Source: a virus
Lineage: Duplodnaviria; Caudoviricetes
Length of the DNA stretch: 64,000 nucleotides
Reading direction: 5' to 3' (one strand)
IMG/VR virus record: IMGVR_UViG_3300044694_000082
Location: 32,001-96,000 of that record
Numbering within the stretch: the stretch's first letter is position 1; each line of letters starts with the position of its first letter. The notes below the pieces were generated by a model. The model was not told the origin of the DNA. It saw only the letters and a program-made list of their open reading frames with translations, and searched no databases. Shown piece after piece: positions 1 through 10,919 of the stretch. A program made the position numbers and the translations under genes.

Positions 1-392
1 CGGCAGTCGAACTGCGGTTGCAGGTTGGGGTCCATGCGCAGCCGGTCCAGCACCACCGAGGCGTAGGCCGCGGAGATCGAGGTGATCTTGTCGATCCGGC
101 CGCCGAACCACAGCTCGGAGCTGAGGGTGTCGAAGTCGGTGAGGAGCAGAGAGATCTCGTCGGACTGGGTGTAGGCGAACCGTGCACCCTGGATCTCGCG
201 GCACAGGGCCTCGGCGACGACGTCCATCTGCCTGACGAAGCCTCGATCGAAGGGCTTCTCAGTGTCCTTGAGGTAGGTGTGGAAGGCCCGGCCGTCCAGA
301 CGCAGCAGCGTGTAGGAACGGCGGGGAACCTTGCGCTCGTAGGTCCGCTCATAGACCTTCATCCGGTTGCCGAGCGGGGTGTTGTCGCTCAT
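1..392 (-). CDS. thg1: Thg1-like tRNA(His) guanylyltransferase / 3'-5' polymerase (3' part runs off window)
   Basis: Own translation from ATG 392 (RBS AGGAGA): MSDNTPLGNRMKVYE..LLRLDGRAFHTY..KPFD..FAYTQSDEISLLL..WFGGRIDKITSISAA..FDCR, all hallmark Thg1 motifs; absent from ORF track because truncated. Confidence 0.93.
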   Translation of the reverse strand, partial: MSDNTPLGNRMKVYERTYERKVPRRSYTLLRLDGRAFHTYLKDTEKPFDRGFVRQMDVVAEALCREIQGARFAYTQSDEISLLLTDFDTLSSELWFGGRIDKITSISAAYASVVLDRLRMDPNLQPQFDC

Positions 393-633
393 GGTCTCCT
401 CTCTGTGTTTCACGTGGAACATCGCGGCCGATGTGTCGGCGGACAGCTTCGACGGCGGCCACCGCTTCTTCGTGCATCCACTTCTCGTAGGCCTCGCGCT
501 CCATCACGACGGCGGGCTTGCCGCAGGACTTGACGTTGCGCCCGGCGGCGTGCTTCCACGTGCCCTTGGCGCCCCAGAGGTGGACGGCGCAGCCGCACCG
601 CTGGCAGACGTAGTGACTCTGGCTGGTGGCCAT
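349..633 (-). CDS. hypothetical protein, CxxC zinc-binding
   Basis: 94 aa ORF with RBS GAAGGAG, in the leftward operon. Confidence 0.6.
   Translation of the reverse strand: MATSQSHYVCQRCGCAVHLWGAKGTWKHAAGRNVKSCGKPAVVMEREAYEKWMHEEAVAAVEAVRRHIGRDVPRETQRGDHERQHPARQPDEGL
406..421. promoter_or_regulatory. parS-consensus site 1 (TGTTTCACGTGGAACA)
   Basis: Reverse complement TGTTCCACGTGAAACA fits parS consensus TGTTNCACGTGAAACA; just upstream of thg1 RBS. Confidence 0.8.
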
Positions 634-643
634 GGTGTCTCCT

Positions 644-889
644 TCACTCGTTGTCGACGATGCGATGCCAGCGCTCGATCAGCCGGTCGTTGTGTGGACC
701 CGTGTCGGGATGCGTAGCCGACAGACGGCCCTCGATCTTGCCCATGGACAGGATCACGTCGAGCTTGCCACGGATCTCCGTCTCGCCGATGCGATCGATG
801 GTGTGCTCAGGAATCAGCACGAGGATCGCGTCGTACAGTTCGGCGGTCCTCAGGACTCGTTGCACCTGGTTGCTGTAGTCCCCGTTCAT
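644..889 (-). CDS. hypothetical protein
   Basis: MNGDYSNQ.. start with GAGGAAG RBS, coupled to neighbour. Confidence 0.6.
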   Translation of the reverse strand: MNGDYSNQVQRVLRTAELYDAILVLIPEHTIDRIGETEIRGKLDVILSMGKIEGRLSATHPDTGPHNDRLIERWHRIVDNE

Positions 890-1197
890 GGCTTCCTCTC
901 GTAGCCATCGCCACGGAGATCGGCCTTGGCGATCTTCTCGCTGGCGATGTCGATGGCGGGCATCAGGGTGTCGGCGCAGAGGTCGCCGTAGAAGTGCGGG
1001 TTGACGTCGCGTCCCAGGTACAGGCACCAGCCCGCGTCCAGGATCTTCACCAGCCGGTAGGTGAGGCCGAAGATCTCGGTCTCCCATACGCCGGAGCGGA
1101 CGGACATGGGCACGTACCCGCGCCGGAAGGTCCAGCCGAATCCGTTGTCGGCTTCGATGTACCGCTCTCCCATGTGCGTCTTGCGCTGGGCCATCAC
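886..1197 (-). CDS. hypothetical protein
   Basis: 103 aa, overlapping stop/start with neighbours. Confidence 0.6.
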   Translation of the reverse strand: MMAQRKTHMGERYIEADNGFGWTFRRGYVPMSVRSGVWETEIFGLTYRLVKILDAGWCLYLGRDVNPHFYGDLCADTLMPAIDIASEKIAKADLRGDGYERKP

Positions 1198-1457
1198 TTC
1201 TCCTTGGCCGTTGTTTCACGTGGAACATCGAGCGTGAGGGCGAGGGCGACGGCCTCCCTCTTGCTGGGCCGTGTCCTCCACGGTTCATTCGGGCTGTTGT
1301 AGGGGCGGGCGCCCCAGCGCCGGTAGTAGCTATTGTTGGGTAGATGCTTCACGGTAGCGGTGTACGTGGTGCTGCCGGTGGGCTTGATGTGGTAGGTGGC
1401 CTCTTCGGTTTCGTCGGGGTCGATCGTGTAGTCATCTCTCTTCGGCAACCGGTACAT
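1194..1457 (-). CDS. hypothetical protein
   Basis: MYRLPKR.. preceded by CCGACAAGGAAGG. Confidence 0.6.
   Translation of the reverse strand: MYRLPKRDDYTIDPDETEEATYHIKPTGSTTYTATVKHLPNNSYYRRWGARPYNSPNEPWRTRPSKREAVALALTLDVPRETTAKEK
1212..1227. promoter_or_regulatory. parS-consensus site 2
   Basis: TGTTTCACGTGGAACA, in last codons of the upstream gene, before the next RBS. Confidence 0.8.
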
Positions 1458-1476
1458 GGCAGCCTTCCTTGTCGGG

Positions 1477-1492
1477 TGTTTCACGTGGAACA
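1477..1492. promoter_or_regulatory. parS-consensus site 3
   Basis: TGTTTCACGTGGAACA, intergenic, abutting the GACAAGGAAG RBS. Confidence 0.8.
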
Positions 1493-1517
1493 TCGGGTGG
1501 ATCATCTCGGTCAAGGG

Positions 1518-1556
1518 GGATGCCCCTGCCGCACCGCCACAGGGGCAGGGGCATCC
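1518..1556 (-). terminator. 13-bp stem hairpin, possible terminator/processing site
   Basis: GGATGCCCCTGCC..GGCAGGGGCATCC. Confidence 0.5.
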
Positions 1557-1571
1557 GGCTTGAGGTGACGA

Positions 1572-1730
1572 TCAGGACGGCGGGTCCTCCTCGTCGCGGC
1601 CCATCAGCCACGAGTGGAACAGCAGCCCGAGCAGCATCATGACCGCGGCGAACATCCACGCGTGATCGAGGAGACCGAGGATGACGTCCTCGGCCGTGGG
1701 CTTGACGGTGAAGGTGAACTCGCCGGACAT
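1572..1730 (-). CDS. small membrane protein (52 aa)
   Basis: Own translation MSGEFTFTVKPTAEDVILGLLDHAWMFAAVMMLLGLLFHSWLM..; one hydrophobic helix. Confidence 0.55.
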   Translation of the reverse strand: MSGEFTFTVKPTAEDVILGLLDHAWMFAAVMMLLGLLFHSWLMGRDEEDPPS

Positions 1731-1731
1731 G

Positions 1732-2220
1732 TCACGTCTGGCCCGGCTTGTTGAAGACCCACACGTCGTCGCTGACGTTGACGTCGCCGACGACCCAGAT
1801 CTTGGAGCCGTCCATGACGGACTGCTCGACCTGCTTCTTGCCGTGCTCGTTCAGCCAGTGCCAGCCGACCGGTCCGCAGTTCTCGTCGAGGTACTCCTCC
1901 AGCGGTTCAAGGGAGCTGGGGTAGTAGATCTCGAACTTCGCGGCCATGTCCTTGACCTGGCGGGGCGTGAGGAACGTGCCGCCGTGGAACTGCTGGGCGG
2001 CCTTCAGCGTGGCCAGGACGCCATCCTCGGCGTCGGCCCTCGACCAGGTCTCGGCCTGCCGGTAGACGTGGCGCAGGGCGTTGGCTGCGGCCCTGGCCTC
2101 CTGGTTCTTCTTGTAGACCGCGTCGTCGATGTCCTCCTCCTCCCACGGCGAGCCGCTCAGGGCGCGAAAGAGGACCAGCCAGACGGCGGGGACGGAGAAG
2201 CGGATGTCGTCGGTGCTCAT
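1732..2220 (-). CDS. hypothetical protein
   Basis: 162 aa, GACAAGGAAG RBS. Confidence 0.7.
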   Translation of the reverse strand: MSTDDIRFSVPAVWLVLFRALSGSPWEEEDIDDAVYKKNQEARAAANALRHVYRQAETWSRADAEDGVLATLKAAQQFHGGTFLTPRQVKDMAAKFEIYYPSSLEPLEEYLDENCGPVGWHWLNEHGKKQVEQSVMDGSKIWVVGDVNVSDDVWVFNKPGQT

Positions 2221-2247
2221 GAAGCTACCTTCCTTGTCAGCGGGGAT

Positions 2248-2263
2248 TGTTTCACGTGGAACG
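2248..2263. promoter_or_regulatory. parS-consensus site 4 (TGTTTCACGTGGAACG)
   Basis: 1 bp after Nudix stop codon, before next RBS. Confidence 0.78.
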
Positions 2264-2264
2264 C

Positions 2265-2714
2265 TCAGACATCGGCGTTCGGGAAGTACGTCTGGCCGGT
2301 CTCATAGGCGATGATCAGGTTGTCGACGCCGCCGTAGCGAGGAGTGGGCAGTGCGTCGATCGGGAACCATTGCCAGCCGCCGCACTTGTCCGGCTCCATG
2401 AGTTCCGGCGTACCGTTCCTGTAGCGGCTGATCACGCCGATGTCGATGTAGTGCTTGGGCAGGTAGTTCCTGAGGTTGGTGAAACACAGGACGCGGGGGC
2501 GTGTGGTGCGGAAGTACGGGCCGCACTCCTCGGCCAGTTCGCGCAGCGCGCCCTCCTCGGGGCTCTCGCCGTTTTCCATGTGGCCGCCGGGTGTGCCCCA
2601 CTCGCCGGGGCCGAGGGATCCACGGCGCATACCGAGGAGAACTCTGATGTCGTCACCAGACTCGTCGATGATCAGGTGGCTGATGCCCACCATGGGACGG
2701 GGGTTGTCGGTCAT
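2265..2714 (-). CDS. Nudix hydrolase (MutT/NUDT15-like)
   Basis: Nudix box GGHMENGESPEEGALRELAEECG; EPDKC..WQWF tail. Confidence 0.92.
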   Translation of the reverse strand: MTDNPRPMVGISHLIIDESGDDIRVLLGMRRGSLGPGEWGTPGGHMENGESPEEGALRELAEECGPYFRTTRPRVLCFTNLRNYLPKHYIDIGVISRYRNGTPELMEPDKCGGWQWFPIDALPTPRYGGVDNLIIAYETGQTYFPNADV

Positions 2715-2723
2715 GATGTCCTT

Positions 2724-5700
2724 TCAGAAGGGCGGGCAGCACAGGTGGTTGCTGCAGAAGTGCTGCTTGACCAGGCTGACCGGCGGTGGCGGGGCAGGCG
2801 GGTAGTCCGAGGCGGGCTCGGGGTCGTCGTAGAGGTAGGAGGCGTCGCTGCCGTAGTCCGGGCAGACCGGCCCGCTGTACGGGGGGAGCGTGCCGTTGCG
2901 CTCGTGGAAGGCGTACTCCGCGGAGAAGCAGGCGGGGACGCCGAGTTCCTCGGCTTCGGTCATGGTGATCGGTTGCTGGGTCATGGTCAGTCCAGGTAGG
3001 GGTGTCGGAGGCTGGGGTGGACGGCGATGGCGTCGGCCAGAGTGACGACGTTGAGTTCCGTCTCGGCACCTTCGATCAGGGCGATCAACTCCGCCCTGGG
3101 CATGCCTCGCTCTTCGAGCTGCTCGATGGTGAACTTCACGATCCAGGCATGCACCTCGGGGGTGAACTCCTCCTTGTCGAGGGACGCGCCAAGCAGGAAG
3201 ATCAGGTGCAGGCGCTCGACGTCATCCAGCTTCGACCCTGCCGGATTGGGGCCGGAGAGGCGGCGCAGCCTGTCGAGGAGGTGGCCGGGGGCGGATGATG
3301 TGATCACGAAGCCTCCCATGCGGCGATCTCCTCGGGGGTGGCGGGGATCGGCTGGTCACCCTCGTACGGCTCCCACGCCAGTTGGAACATGTAGGGCATC
3401 GTCTCGCGGCGGTACGCGGCTAGCCCGAGGGCGTTGCCCGGGGCGAACTTCGGCAGCTGGCCGTAGTTGTCCTCCCGCTCCTCACGGTCGTGGACCTCGC
3501 ACAGCGGGCTGCCAGGCTTCTTGAACTCACCGCAGTAGATCGACCACGGCAGCCCATAGGCGGTCTGGTAGCCACAGATCTGGCCGCCGCGCCACGGTTC
3601 ACGGGGCAGTGTCTTCATGATGCTTCCTATCTAGTGTCGGTGGCCGGTGTTCCGTGGCCTTCGTGATGATGGTCCGTGAAGCACAGGCCGCAGTACGGAC
3701 GGTGGCAGACACGGCAGAACTGGTCGCTGGACTTCTCACAGCCGAAGCAGGCGTCGGACAACTCGGCCACGTAGCTGGCCTTGGTGCGCCAGCGCAGGCG
3801 GCACATGTCGAACGAACAGCGGACCTCGGAGTAGTGAGAGGGCGTCCGGCGGTAGCCGTTGAACGCTGACGCGTTGTAGTTGCGCATGGTCACCACCCAG
3901 AAGGGGCGGTGACTCTGGTTGCGACAGGCGATGCCACTCATGCGTCACCGGTCCGAGGGTGGGAAGCCGCCGGTCTTCAGGTACGTCTCCGCCCACGGGA
4001 TCAGCTGCTCCATCCGCTTGATCGTCACCTTCACGTGGGTCCGGTCGGTGATCTGTCCGGCGACGACCTGGGCCGCTGCACTCAACGCGGCCTGCCGGAC
4101 CCACTGGGGGTAGGCGTCGTGGTTGCGAGACGGGATGTCGCTCACGTCGTTGCTCCTCGTTGGCAGAGACAGGCCTTGTGGATCTCAGCCAGCGCCGCCT
4201 TCCGCTCGTCGTCGGCTTTGACCGGGTCGATGTTGAAGTACTGATTCAGCGCGTTGCCGGTGGACAGGTAACCCCTCTCGGGGTGCCAGAGGGCGTACCC
4301 CTGATCAGCCGCCCAGTCGAGGAACTCGCCGATGACCTGGCCGTCTTCGCTGTGCTCGGCGATCTTGTCGAGTTCGGGAGTCTCCACGTCACCCCTCCTT
4401 CGGGCGTGCGGCGTGAAGTTCGGAGTTCTGCTTCCGGTTGTGTTCGGCGGCCTCGCGGTTGTAGGCCACCTCGTCGAGGTCGGCGAACAGGTCAGCGTCG
4501 TCGAGGGTGTTGAAGGCCTGCGCTGCGTCGCCCAGCCCCGTGATGCTGGTGTTGTCGTGGAAGCGGAGGGCGAAGCTGCGCAGGGTGGCGAGAGCCTTGA
4601 CTTGCTCTTCGAGGGTGGGCTTGGACATGTCAGTTTCCTCCTGGGTTGAGGGGCTCGGCGTGTTCCAGATAGGCCAGCAGGGAGTCCAGCTCAGCCACGG
4701 TCGGCGTGAAGAACGTGGTCTTGTGGATCGTCCGGGCTCGCCGGAATGCGTCTGTGAGGGTGAACCGCCTGCGCTTGTAGTCCGCGGGGAGTGCCGGTTG
4801 GCCGTTGCGTACGGTCAGTGTGGCGGCGTCGGTGTTGCTCATGATGAAGGGGTAGCGGGTGCTGACCTTGAAGTCGTTGAAGAAGGGCGTGGCCTCCTGC
4901 CCCTCTTGGAGGCTGGCCAGCTTAGCCGCGTCCTCGGCCGACACGACGTGGAACCACACCAGGTGCGTCGTCCCCTTCTCACGGCGAGCCGAGACGACAC
5001 GCGAGGTGTCCAGCACGCTGCGGTAGGTGACAAAGCCCGAACCGGCCGGGAGGTCTGCTGCGTAGCGGCTCAGAACCTCCCATCTCTTGATCAACTCGGG
5101 GTCCTTCAGCCGCAGGAACTTGTAGATGTACGGCCAGGCGAGCCGGGCCATGTCACTTCTCCTTCTTCGGGTCGACATAGAGGGTCGCCGTCGAGCGCTC
5201 GACGGGGTATACCATACTGGTGAGGAGCTGCTCGTACTGGTCGAGCATCTCGTTGCGTTCCGCCTCCTGCTCGGCCTTGTCCAAGACCTCGTCACCGCAG
5301 CGGTAGCCGACCCTGACGAGGTGCAGATCCTTGTCCCAGCTGCATCGGTGACCCCCGAACGCGATGTCCTTGCGGGAGACCCACGGCTTGAACCCCGCAG
5401 TGGTCAGTGTCCGGCCGATGGTAGTGGCGGGGGTGAAGGTGCCGTGCGGCCTGGTCGGGCGGTCGCTGGGCATGTCACTTCTCCTGTTCAACGGTGATGA
5501 CGTAGCCACTGGGGACGGTGCGCCACTCGCCGACGGTGCGCCATCCGGCGTCCGCCAGTAGCTCTCCAGCCTGCTTGACAGCGTCATCGTGATCGCCGGT
5601 GCGTACGTCCACGGTGGTGGTGGCGTAGAAGTACTCCCACTCGTCAGCGTTGGTGGCGTTGGTGTCGAGGACGACGACGTCGCACACATCGGTGGCAACG

Positions 5701-6430
5701 GATCCACTGTCGGTGGTGAGCCATGCATTGAAGCTCACGTCAGCTCCCCTCACTGAAGGGCGGCTCGATGAACATGACGGTCTGGTCGTCGGTGTACCAG
5801 GTGTTGGTGAGCAGGGTGCCATCGGTGCTGGCCACCCTCAGCGTGCGGTCGATCCGGAAGTAGTCCCGGAACTGGGCTGCCGCCTTCTCGGGGGTGTCGG
5901 CGACGACGGGGACGGTGAATCCGACCAGGTACCTGGGCATGTCAGCCCCTCTTGTCGAAGGTGGCGAGGTAGGCCACCGGGCTGGTGTCCGCGTCCGGCA
6001 GCCACTGAACCAGCGTGGTTGCCCAGCGCAGGTAGCGGGCCCGCCAGTTGCCGACGATGGCCCACTCGTGGTCCGGCCAGTCCATCTCGATCCCGCGCAT
6101 GAGGCCCATGGCGAAGGTCCAGGGGTCCTCGTCGTGGTCGCCCTCGGTGATGGGGGTGTGCATCTGCTCGGGGTCTTCGAGTTCGTCGACCAACTTGATT
6201 GACATCAGCTGGACGCGGCCCTTGACGGTGCCGTCGATGTCGGCCAGGCGCGGCCGTGCGTGTCCTGTCTTGGTGAGCATGGGTGTCACTCCTCGTTGCT
6301 GTCGGCCATCTCGTCGAGCTGCATGATCAGCTCGGCAAGCTGGGCGTTGGTGATCTTGCGGGTGTACTGCACGTGGTCGCGGTCGTCGGTCCAGTAGTCG
6401 AGGGTGACGTCGATCAGGTCGTCCATGGTG
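2724..6430 (-). other. run of ~12 small translationally coupled hypothetical genes (2724-2984, 2987-3307, 3304-3618, 3627-3941, 3945-4145, 4142-4387, 4389-4628, 4630-5151, 5153-5473, 5475-5738, 5740-5940, 5942-6280)
   Basis: Contiguous minus-strand ORFs with overlapping or 1-nt spaced stop/start (frequent TGACATG junctions) and SD motifs. Confidence 0.7.
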
Positions 6431-6506
6431 GGGCGTCCTTTCAGGTCGGGATATGGGAGGACGCGCCCGCGCGGCGAGAAGCGCGGACGCGTCCGGTCTT
6501 ATGGTG

Positions 6507-6764
6507 TCAGGTCGTACTGACAGTGGGTGCTGCTTCGTCCTCGGGCAGCAGCTCCCTGACGTGCTTCCACGTCTCCCGCTGGATGACGGCTCGGCAGGTG
6601 CTGTACTCGATGCCGTACTCAAGGCCGAGATTGAGGATGCTGATCCTCTCGGTCTTGTACCGAAATCGAATCTCCCGCACCTTCTCCTCGGTCAGTTTCG
6701 CCCGGCCGTGTTTCTCGCCCTGGTTGTACGACCGGCGCTTGCGCTTCTCCACCAGTGAGTCCAT
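6507..6764 (-). CDS. stand-alone HTH DNA-binding protein (type found C-terminal to HNH endonucleases)
   Basis: NQGEKHGRAKLTEEKVREIR..LGLEYGIEYSTCRAVIQRETWKHV. Confidence 0.75.
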   Translation of the reverse strand: MDSLVEKRKRRSYNQGEKHGRAKLTEEKVREIRFRYKTERISILNLGLEYGIEYSTCRAVIQRETWKHVRELLPEDEAAPTVSTT

Positions 6765-6801
6765 GACTCTTCCTTGTCTGTCGTGCGTGGAAGCAGTCTG
6801 C

Positions 6802-7110
6802 TCACTCCATCGTCATGGCGTCCAGCCACTGGGCGGCTGGCATCCCGTCGAGGTACCAGTCGCCATCGCCGGTACCGGTGAAGTCCTCCAGTTCCAGGTC
6901 GAGTTCGTGCTTGGCAGCCTCGGCGATGAACTGCTCGCGGGTGGTGAGGTGGGCGTAGGGGCGCTTCGGACAGCCCTGCATCCGCGCGAAGGCCCCGTAG
7001 GTGTTGGTCGCTCCACAGTCGGTGCATCTCCAGAGGGTGAGGGCCATGCCCCGCTGCCCCTCCTTCATGCCGGTGTCCTCGCAGCGGTGGCCGCAAATGT
7101 TGGTAGTCAT
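6802..7110 (-). CDS. hypothetical protein, Cys-rich N-terminus
   Basis: MTTNICGHRC.., RBS GAAAGGA. Confidence 0.6.
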   Translation of the reverse strand: MTTNICGHRCEDTGMKEGQRGMALTLWRCTDCGATNTYGAFARMQGCPKRPYAHLTTREQFIAEAAKHELDLELEDFTGTGDGDWYLDGMPAAQWLDAMTME

Positions 7111-7176
7111 GGTGTCCTTTCCTCGTGACTCCGGAGGGGCCACCGTGCGAGACGGTGACCCGTGCTGGCGCCACGA

Positions 7177-7192
7177 TGTTTCACGTGGAACA
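7177..7192. promoter_or_regulatory. parS-consensus site 5
   Basis: GATGTTTCACGTGGAACATC, directly abutting stop codon at 7193. Confidence 0.8.
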
Positions 7193-7633
7193 TCAGCGGC
7201 AGGCGACGCGCTTCCACGTCAGCTGCGTGCCACCGGGTCGGCCGTCGGCGTCGACCAGGGAGATGACCCACTGGCCGCCCGCGGTGCCGCACTGCTGGCC
7301 GATGGCGTCCACGCTGACCGGCACCGCGGTGACGTTGAGCTGGTAGCTCTTCGCCTCGGCGACCAGGGCGTCATGCATCTGCCGCTGGGTGTATCCCGAG
7401 TGCGTGATCTGGTGGACGAGGGTCTTGCCGCTGGGCTCGGTCCAGGCCCCCTCGCGGTGGCCGTCGAAGGTGCGGCCGTAGGAGTGCTGGAGCTGGACCT
7501 TACGGCACAGGGTGCGGTCGGCGGAGGCGACGCGGTTGCAGTCGTTGTTGCTGCTGGCGCCGACGGCGACCGGAACAGCCACGCCGATGAGCAGAGCTGC
7601 GGCGGCGATGGCGGTCAGGGGACGGTTGATCAC
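7193..7633 (-). CDS. putative secreted protein
   Basis: Signal-peptide-like MINRPLTAIAAAALLIGVAVPVAVGA; 4 Cys; flanked by parS sites. Confidence 0.65.
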   Translation of the reverse strand: MINRPLTAIAAAALLIGVAVPVAVGASSNNDCNRVASADRTLCRKVQLQHSYGRTFDGHREGAWTEPSGKTLVHQITHSGYTQRQMHDALVAEAKSYQLNVTAVPVSVDAIGQQCGTAGGQWVISLVDADGRPGGTQLTWKRVACR

Positions 7634-7652
7634 AGGTAATTCTCCTTGTCGT

Positions 7653-7668
7653 TGTTTCACGTGGAACA
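7653..7668. promoter_or_regulatory. parS-consensus site 6
   Basis: TGTTTCACGTGGAACA between stop 7673 and GACAAGGAG RBS. Confidence 0.8.
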
Positions 7669-7672
7669 TGGG

Positions 7673-10600
7673 TTACAGCTCGGTCCACTTGCCGTTGATC
7701 CAGTACCAGATCTCGCTGGCACCGGCGTTCGGCTTGCCGAAGTCGTCGAGCGGGGCGAAGTCCTTGACGCCCTGCTCGTCCTCGGGGCGGGTGATGATGC
7801 GGCCGGTGTAGTACAGCTCGCCGTCATCGTCCCGCATCTGGAACGGGCGCCCCTCACCGGCCTTGAGCCGGGCCTCGATGGCGGGGCTGATGTTGTGCGG
7901 GCCCGTCACCCCCTTGGCGTTGGCGTTGCTGCCCTCGGGGGCGCTGGTGTCTGGTGCGTGGTCGGTGGTGATGATCCAGCCGTACGACGCGTGCTTCATC
8001 ATGGGTGCTCCTACTGGGGTGGGTACAGGCCGAGGACCTGGCCGTTGCCAGGCTCGGCGAAAGCGATCTCGCGGGGCACGACGCCGTCATGGCTGGCGTC
8101 GATGGCCCAGTTGAGTGGCCCGTCATGCCAGACCACGGCCCACGGCATGACCGGCTCGATCGAGTCGTAGGTCTTCTCCCAGTCCTCGACCAGGGTGGGC
8201 GTGCCGAACGAGTCGCCGAGCAGCTTGTAGTGCCGGGTGATGTAGCCGAAGGCGGCTGCCGCCTGGCCGGGGGTCAACTTGCTCATGTGGTGCGCCTCCG
8301 TGCGAGAAGTTCGGTGTAGTGAGGACAGTCGTCGTTGTGGTAGTCCTGCCAGTACGGACACTCACACCGTGGCAGGGGCTCATCAGTTACTGCATCGGAG
8401 CCGAGACGGATGATGCCGTCCGCATCGGCCTTGGGGTAGCGATCGTTGAGATCGATGCCACGCAGGCCAGCCATCAGGCGGGCGTACGCCTCCTCGTCGA
8501 CACAGGAGCCGTCACAGAAGTCCGGCTCATCCTCGGTGCCTGGGCCGTGACCCGGGCACTCGGGCTTGTCATCGGGCGACTGGTGCTTGTCATTGTTCGG
8601 GTTGGCGCCGCAGAACGTCTCGCCGGTGATCAGGTCGCGGCCGTCCTCGTCCAGTGGATCCGAGCAGTGCACGCACAGCGGGGTGTCGTAGTCCTGGCTC
8701 ACCAGGGCCTCTCCCTCTGCTCGCCGCAGGGGCAGGTCTGGATCACGGGCGGCCTGGGCAACTCTCCTCCTGACGGTGGGCTTTCGAAAACATGGACGTG
8801 CCCGGCGCCCGTCTGGTGCGCCGGGCACCGGTGCTCCTGGGTCGCCGTGTCGTACGCCCAGCCCGCTTGCCGCGCCGACGTGAACGCGGCCACGTGTGTG
8901 CGGTACGTGGTGATCACACCGAGGCACTTGAGCGGGCGGCCGGGATCGAGCCAGCCGCCGCCCACGCAGCGGACCATGTACTGGGCGTGGATGCTCACCG
9001 CATGCTCTCCTCGATCGCTTCGGCTTCGGCGTCCTCGGCGGCGAGGCACCGCTCGCACTGGTTCTCGCCCTCGTCGCAGTTCTCCTGGTCGGCGCCGTTG
9101 ACACAGCGTTCAACCTGGCTCTCGGGGATGAACTTGGCGTCGTCCATGGAGTACCAGGTCTCGGGACCGCCGGGCCGGAGCCAGTGGACCCGCAGCCGTG
9201 TACGCCCGTTCTTCTCCTCGACGGCGATGACGTAGCCCTGCTGGCCGCCCTTGCCCTGGATGTAGACGCGCGGCGCCGTCGGCCGTTCGTAGCGCTCGAA
9301 CCAATCGGCGAACTTGGCCGCAGGCCAGGTCTCGTAACGATAGTCCTTCGGCATGTCCTCACCACGGTCGAACTCAATCAGCAGCTCATCCTTGTTGCCG
9401 CGCGTGCGTCGCAGGACCGTGACGAACTCACCCGCACCGCCCGTGTTCGGCTTGCGCATGCGCCAGGTCGATCCGACGGCGAACTGACCGGCGGGGATGG
9501 GCTTGGGCGGGCACTCGGGGCCGTCGGGGTGGACCTCGACGCGGTTGTCAGCGAAGGCGTACGAGTCGTAGTCGGCGTAGCTCCCGTGCGGGTACTCGCG
9601 CCGCCACATGTACTTCGAACGACCAGCGGTGTACCCGCTGATCATGCCAGGCTCAGGGTTTCGGTAGACCATCTTGCGACGGTCGTCGTCCCATTCGACA
9701 TCGGAGACCAGCACCCGCGTACCCACGGGCAGCAGCTTGTGCTTCGGCTCCGGGGGCGGGTCGGCGTAGTCGCAGTCCTCGGTGTGGCGCTCCTTGCACT
9801 GGGGGCGACGGTTCTCCTTGGACCTGCACTCCTTGAGGGGCGGCAACGGGATGACCTCACGCCACGCCTCGACCTCGTAGGGTGGGTAGTCGCTGTGGTT
9901 CTCTGCCAGCATCACGAGGGCTGCGATGTGGGCCCGCTGTGCCTCGACCTGCGCGGAGAGGAGGGCAGCGATCCGCTCCAGCATGTCGTCAATCGCGAAC
10001 GCGTCGTTGATCTCTGCGTTGATCGCCTTGAAGTACTCGGGGCCGGTCTTGTTGTCGGTCATGATCAGTCCTTCCGTCCGTCGAGGAGCTTGCCGAACAT
10101 CTTGGAGGCGGCGGTCAGGTCGGGCTGAGGCTCGGCCTTGACGATGGCGACGACGGCGGCGCCGTTGTCCCGCTGCTGGCGGGTGAGGCAGGCCTCGGCG
10201 CCTTTGTAGGTACCGGACCACTTCACACCGACGGCGATCCGGCCGTCCGACCAGCGCACGACGGCGGCGTAGTTGTAGGTGTTGGCGGAGGTGCGTTCGG
10301 CGTGGTGGAGCTGGCCGTCCTCGTCGCGGTAGACGGCCACGTACTTGGTCTTCTTGGTGGGCATGTCAGGGCTCCTCGGTGTGGGCGGTGTTGGCGGGGA
10401 GGCACTGCGGGGTGGTGCGGTGCCAGGTGTAGCAGCCGTCGCACAGGCAGTCGTCCTCACCGGCGAACATGGCGTCTTCCGGCGTGACCAGACGGCCACA
10501 GCACGGGCACGAGTTCGGCGGGGTGTCGGCGGGGTCGATGCGGAAAGACCAGCCGGACGGCTCATGCAGCTTCGCAACGGCGGTCCCCAGTTGTGCGAGG

Positions 10601-10919
10601 TCATTACCGAACCGGCGGGCGGCCATGACCGGGACGTCCATGCGGATCAGGATGTCTCCGGCTGCGTCGCCCGCGTGCTGGATCTCGGTGACCTCTTCGC
10701 GCAGGACCACGGCCTTGCCGTAGGCGGCCGGGGCGATGGGCGGGTGGATGACGGACAGGACGTAGCTCATCGCAGCTCCTCGATGTCGTCGGGGTGTTGG
10801 TACTGCTGGATCTCCATGGCCTTCCTGTAGTTGCGAGCCGCGGCCAGCGAGAAGCCAGCCGACGCGATGGACATGACCAGGGACAGGAGAGAGATGATCA
10901 GGGCGACGGTGTCGTTCAT
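7673..10919 (-). other. run of hypothetical genes (7673-8002, 8011-8286, 8283-8702, 8699-8998, 8995-10062, 10065-10364, 10366-10770, 10767-10919)
   Basis: Coupled minus-strand ORFs; 8995-10062 is a ~355 aa multi-domain protein with beta-rich segments and Cys clusters. Confidence 0.65.

Noticed and set aside
1732-2220. ArdA-like antirestriction protein
   Set aside because: Only a vague C-terminal resemblance; not acidic enough to support a DNA-mimic call
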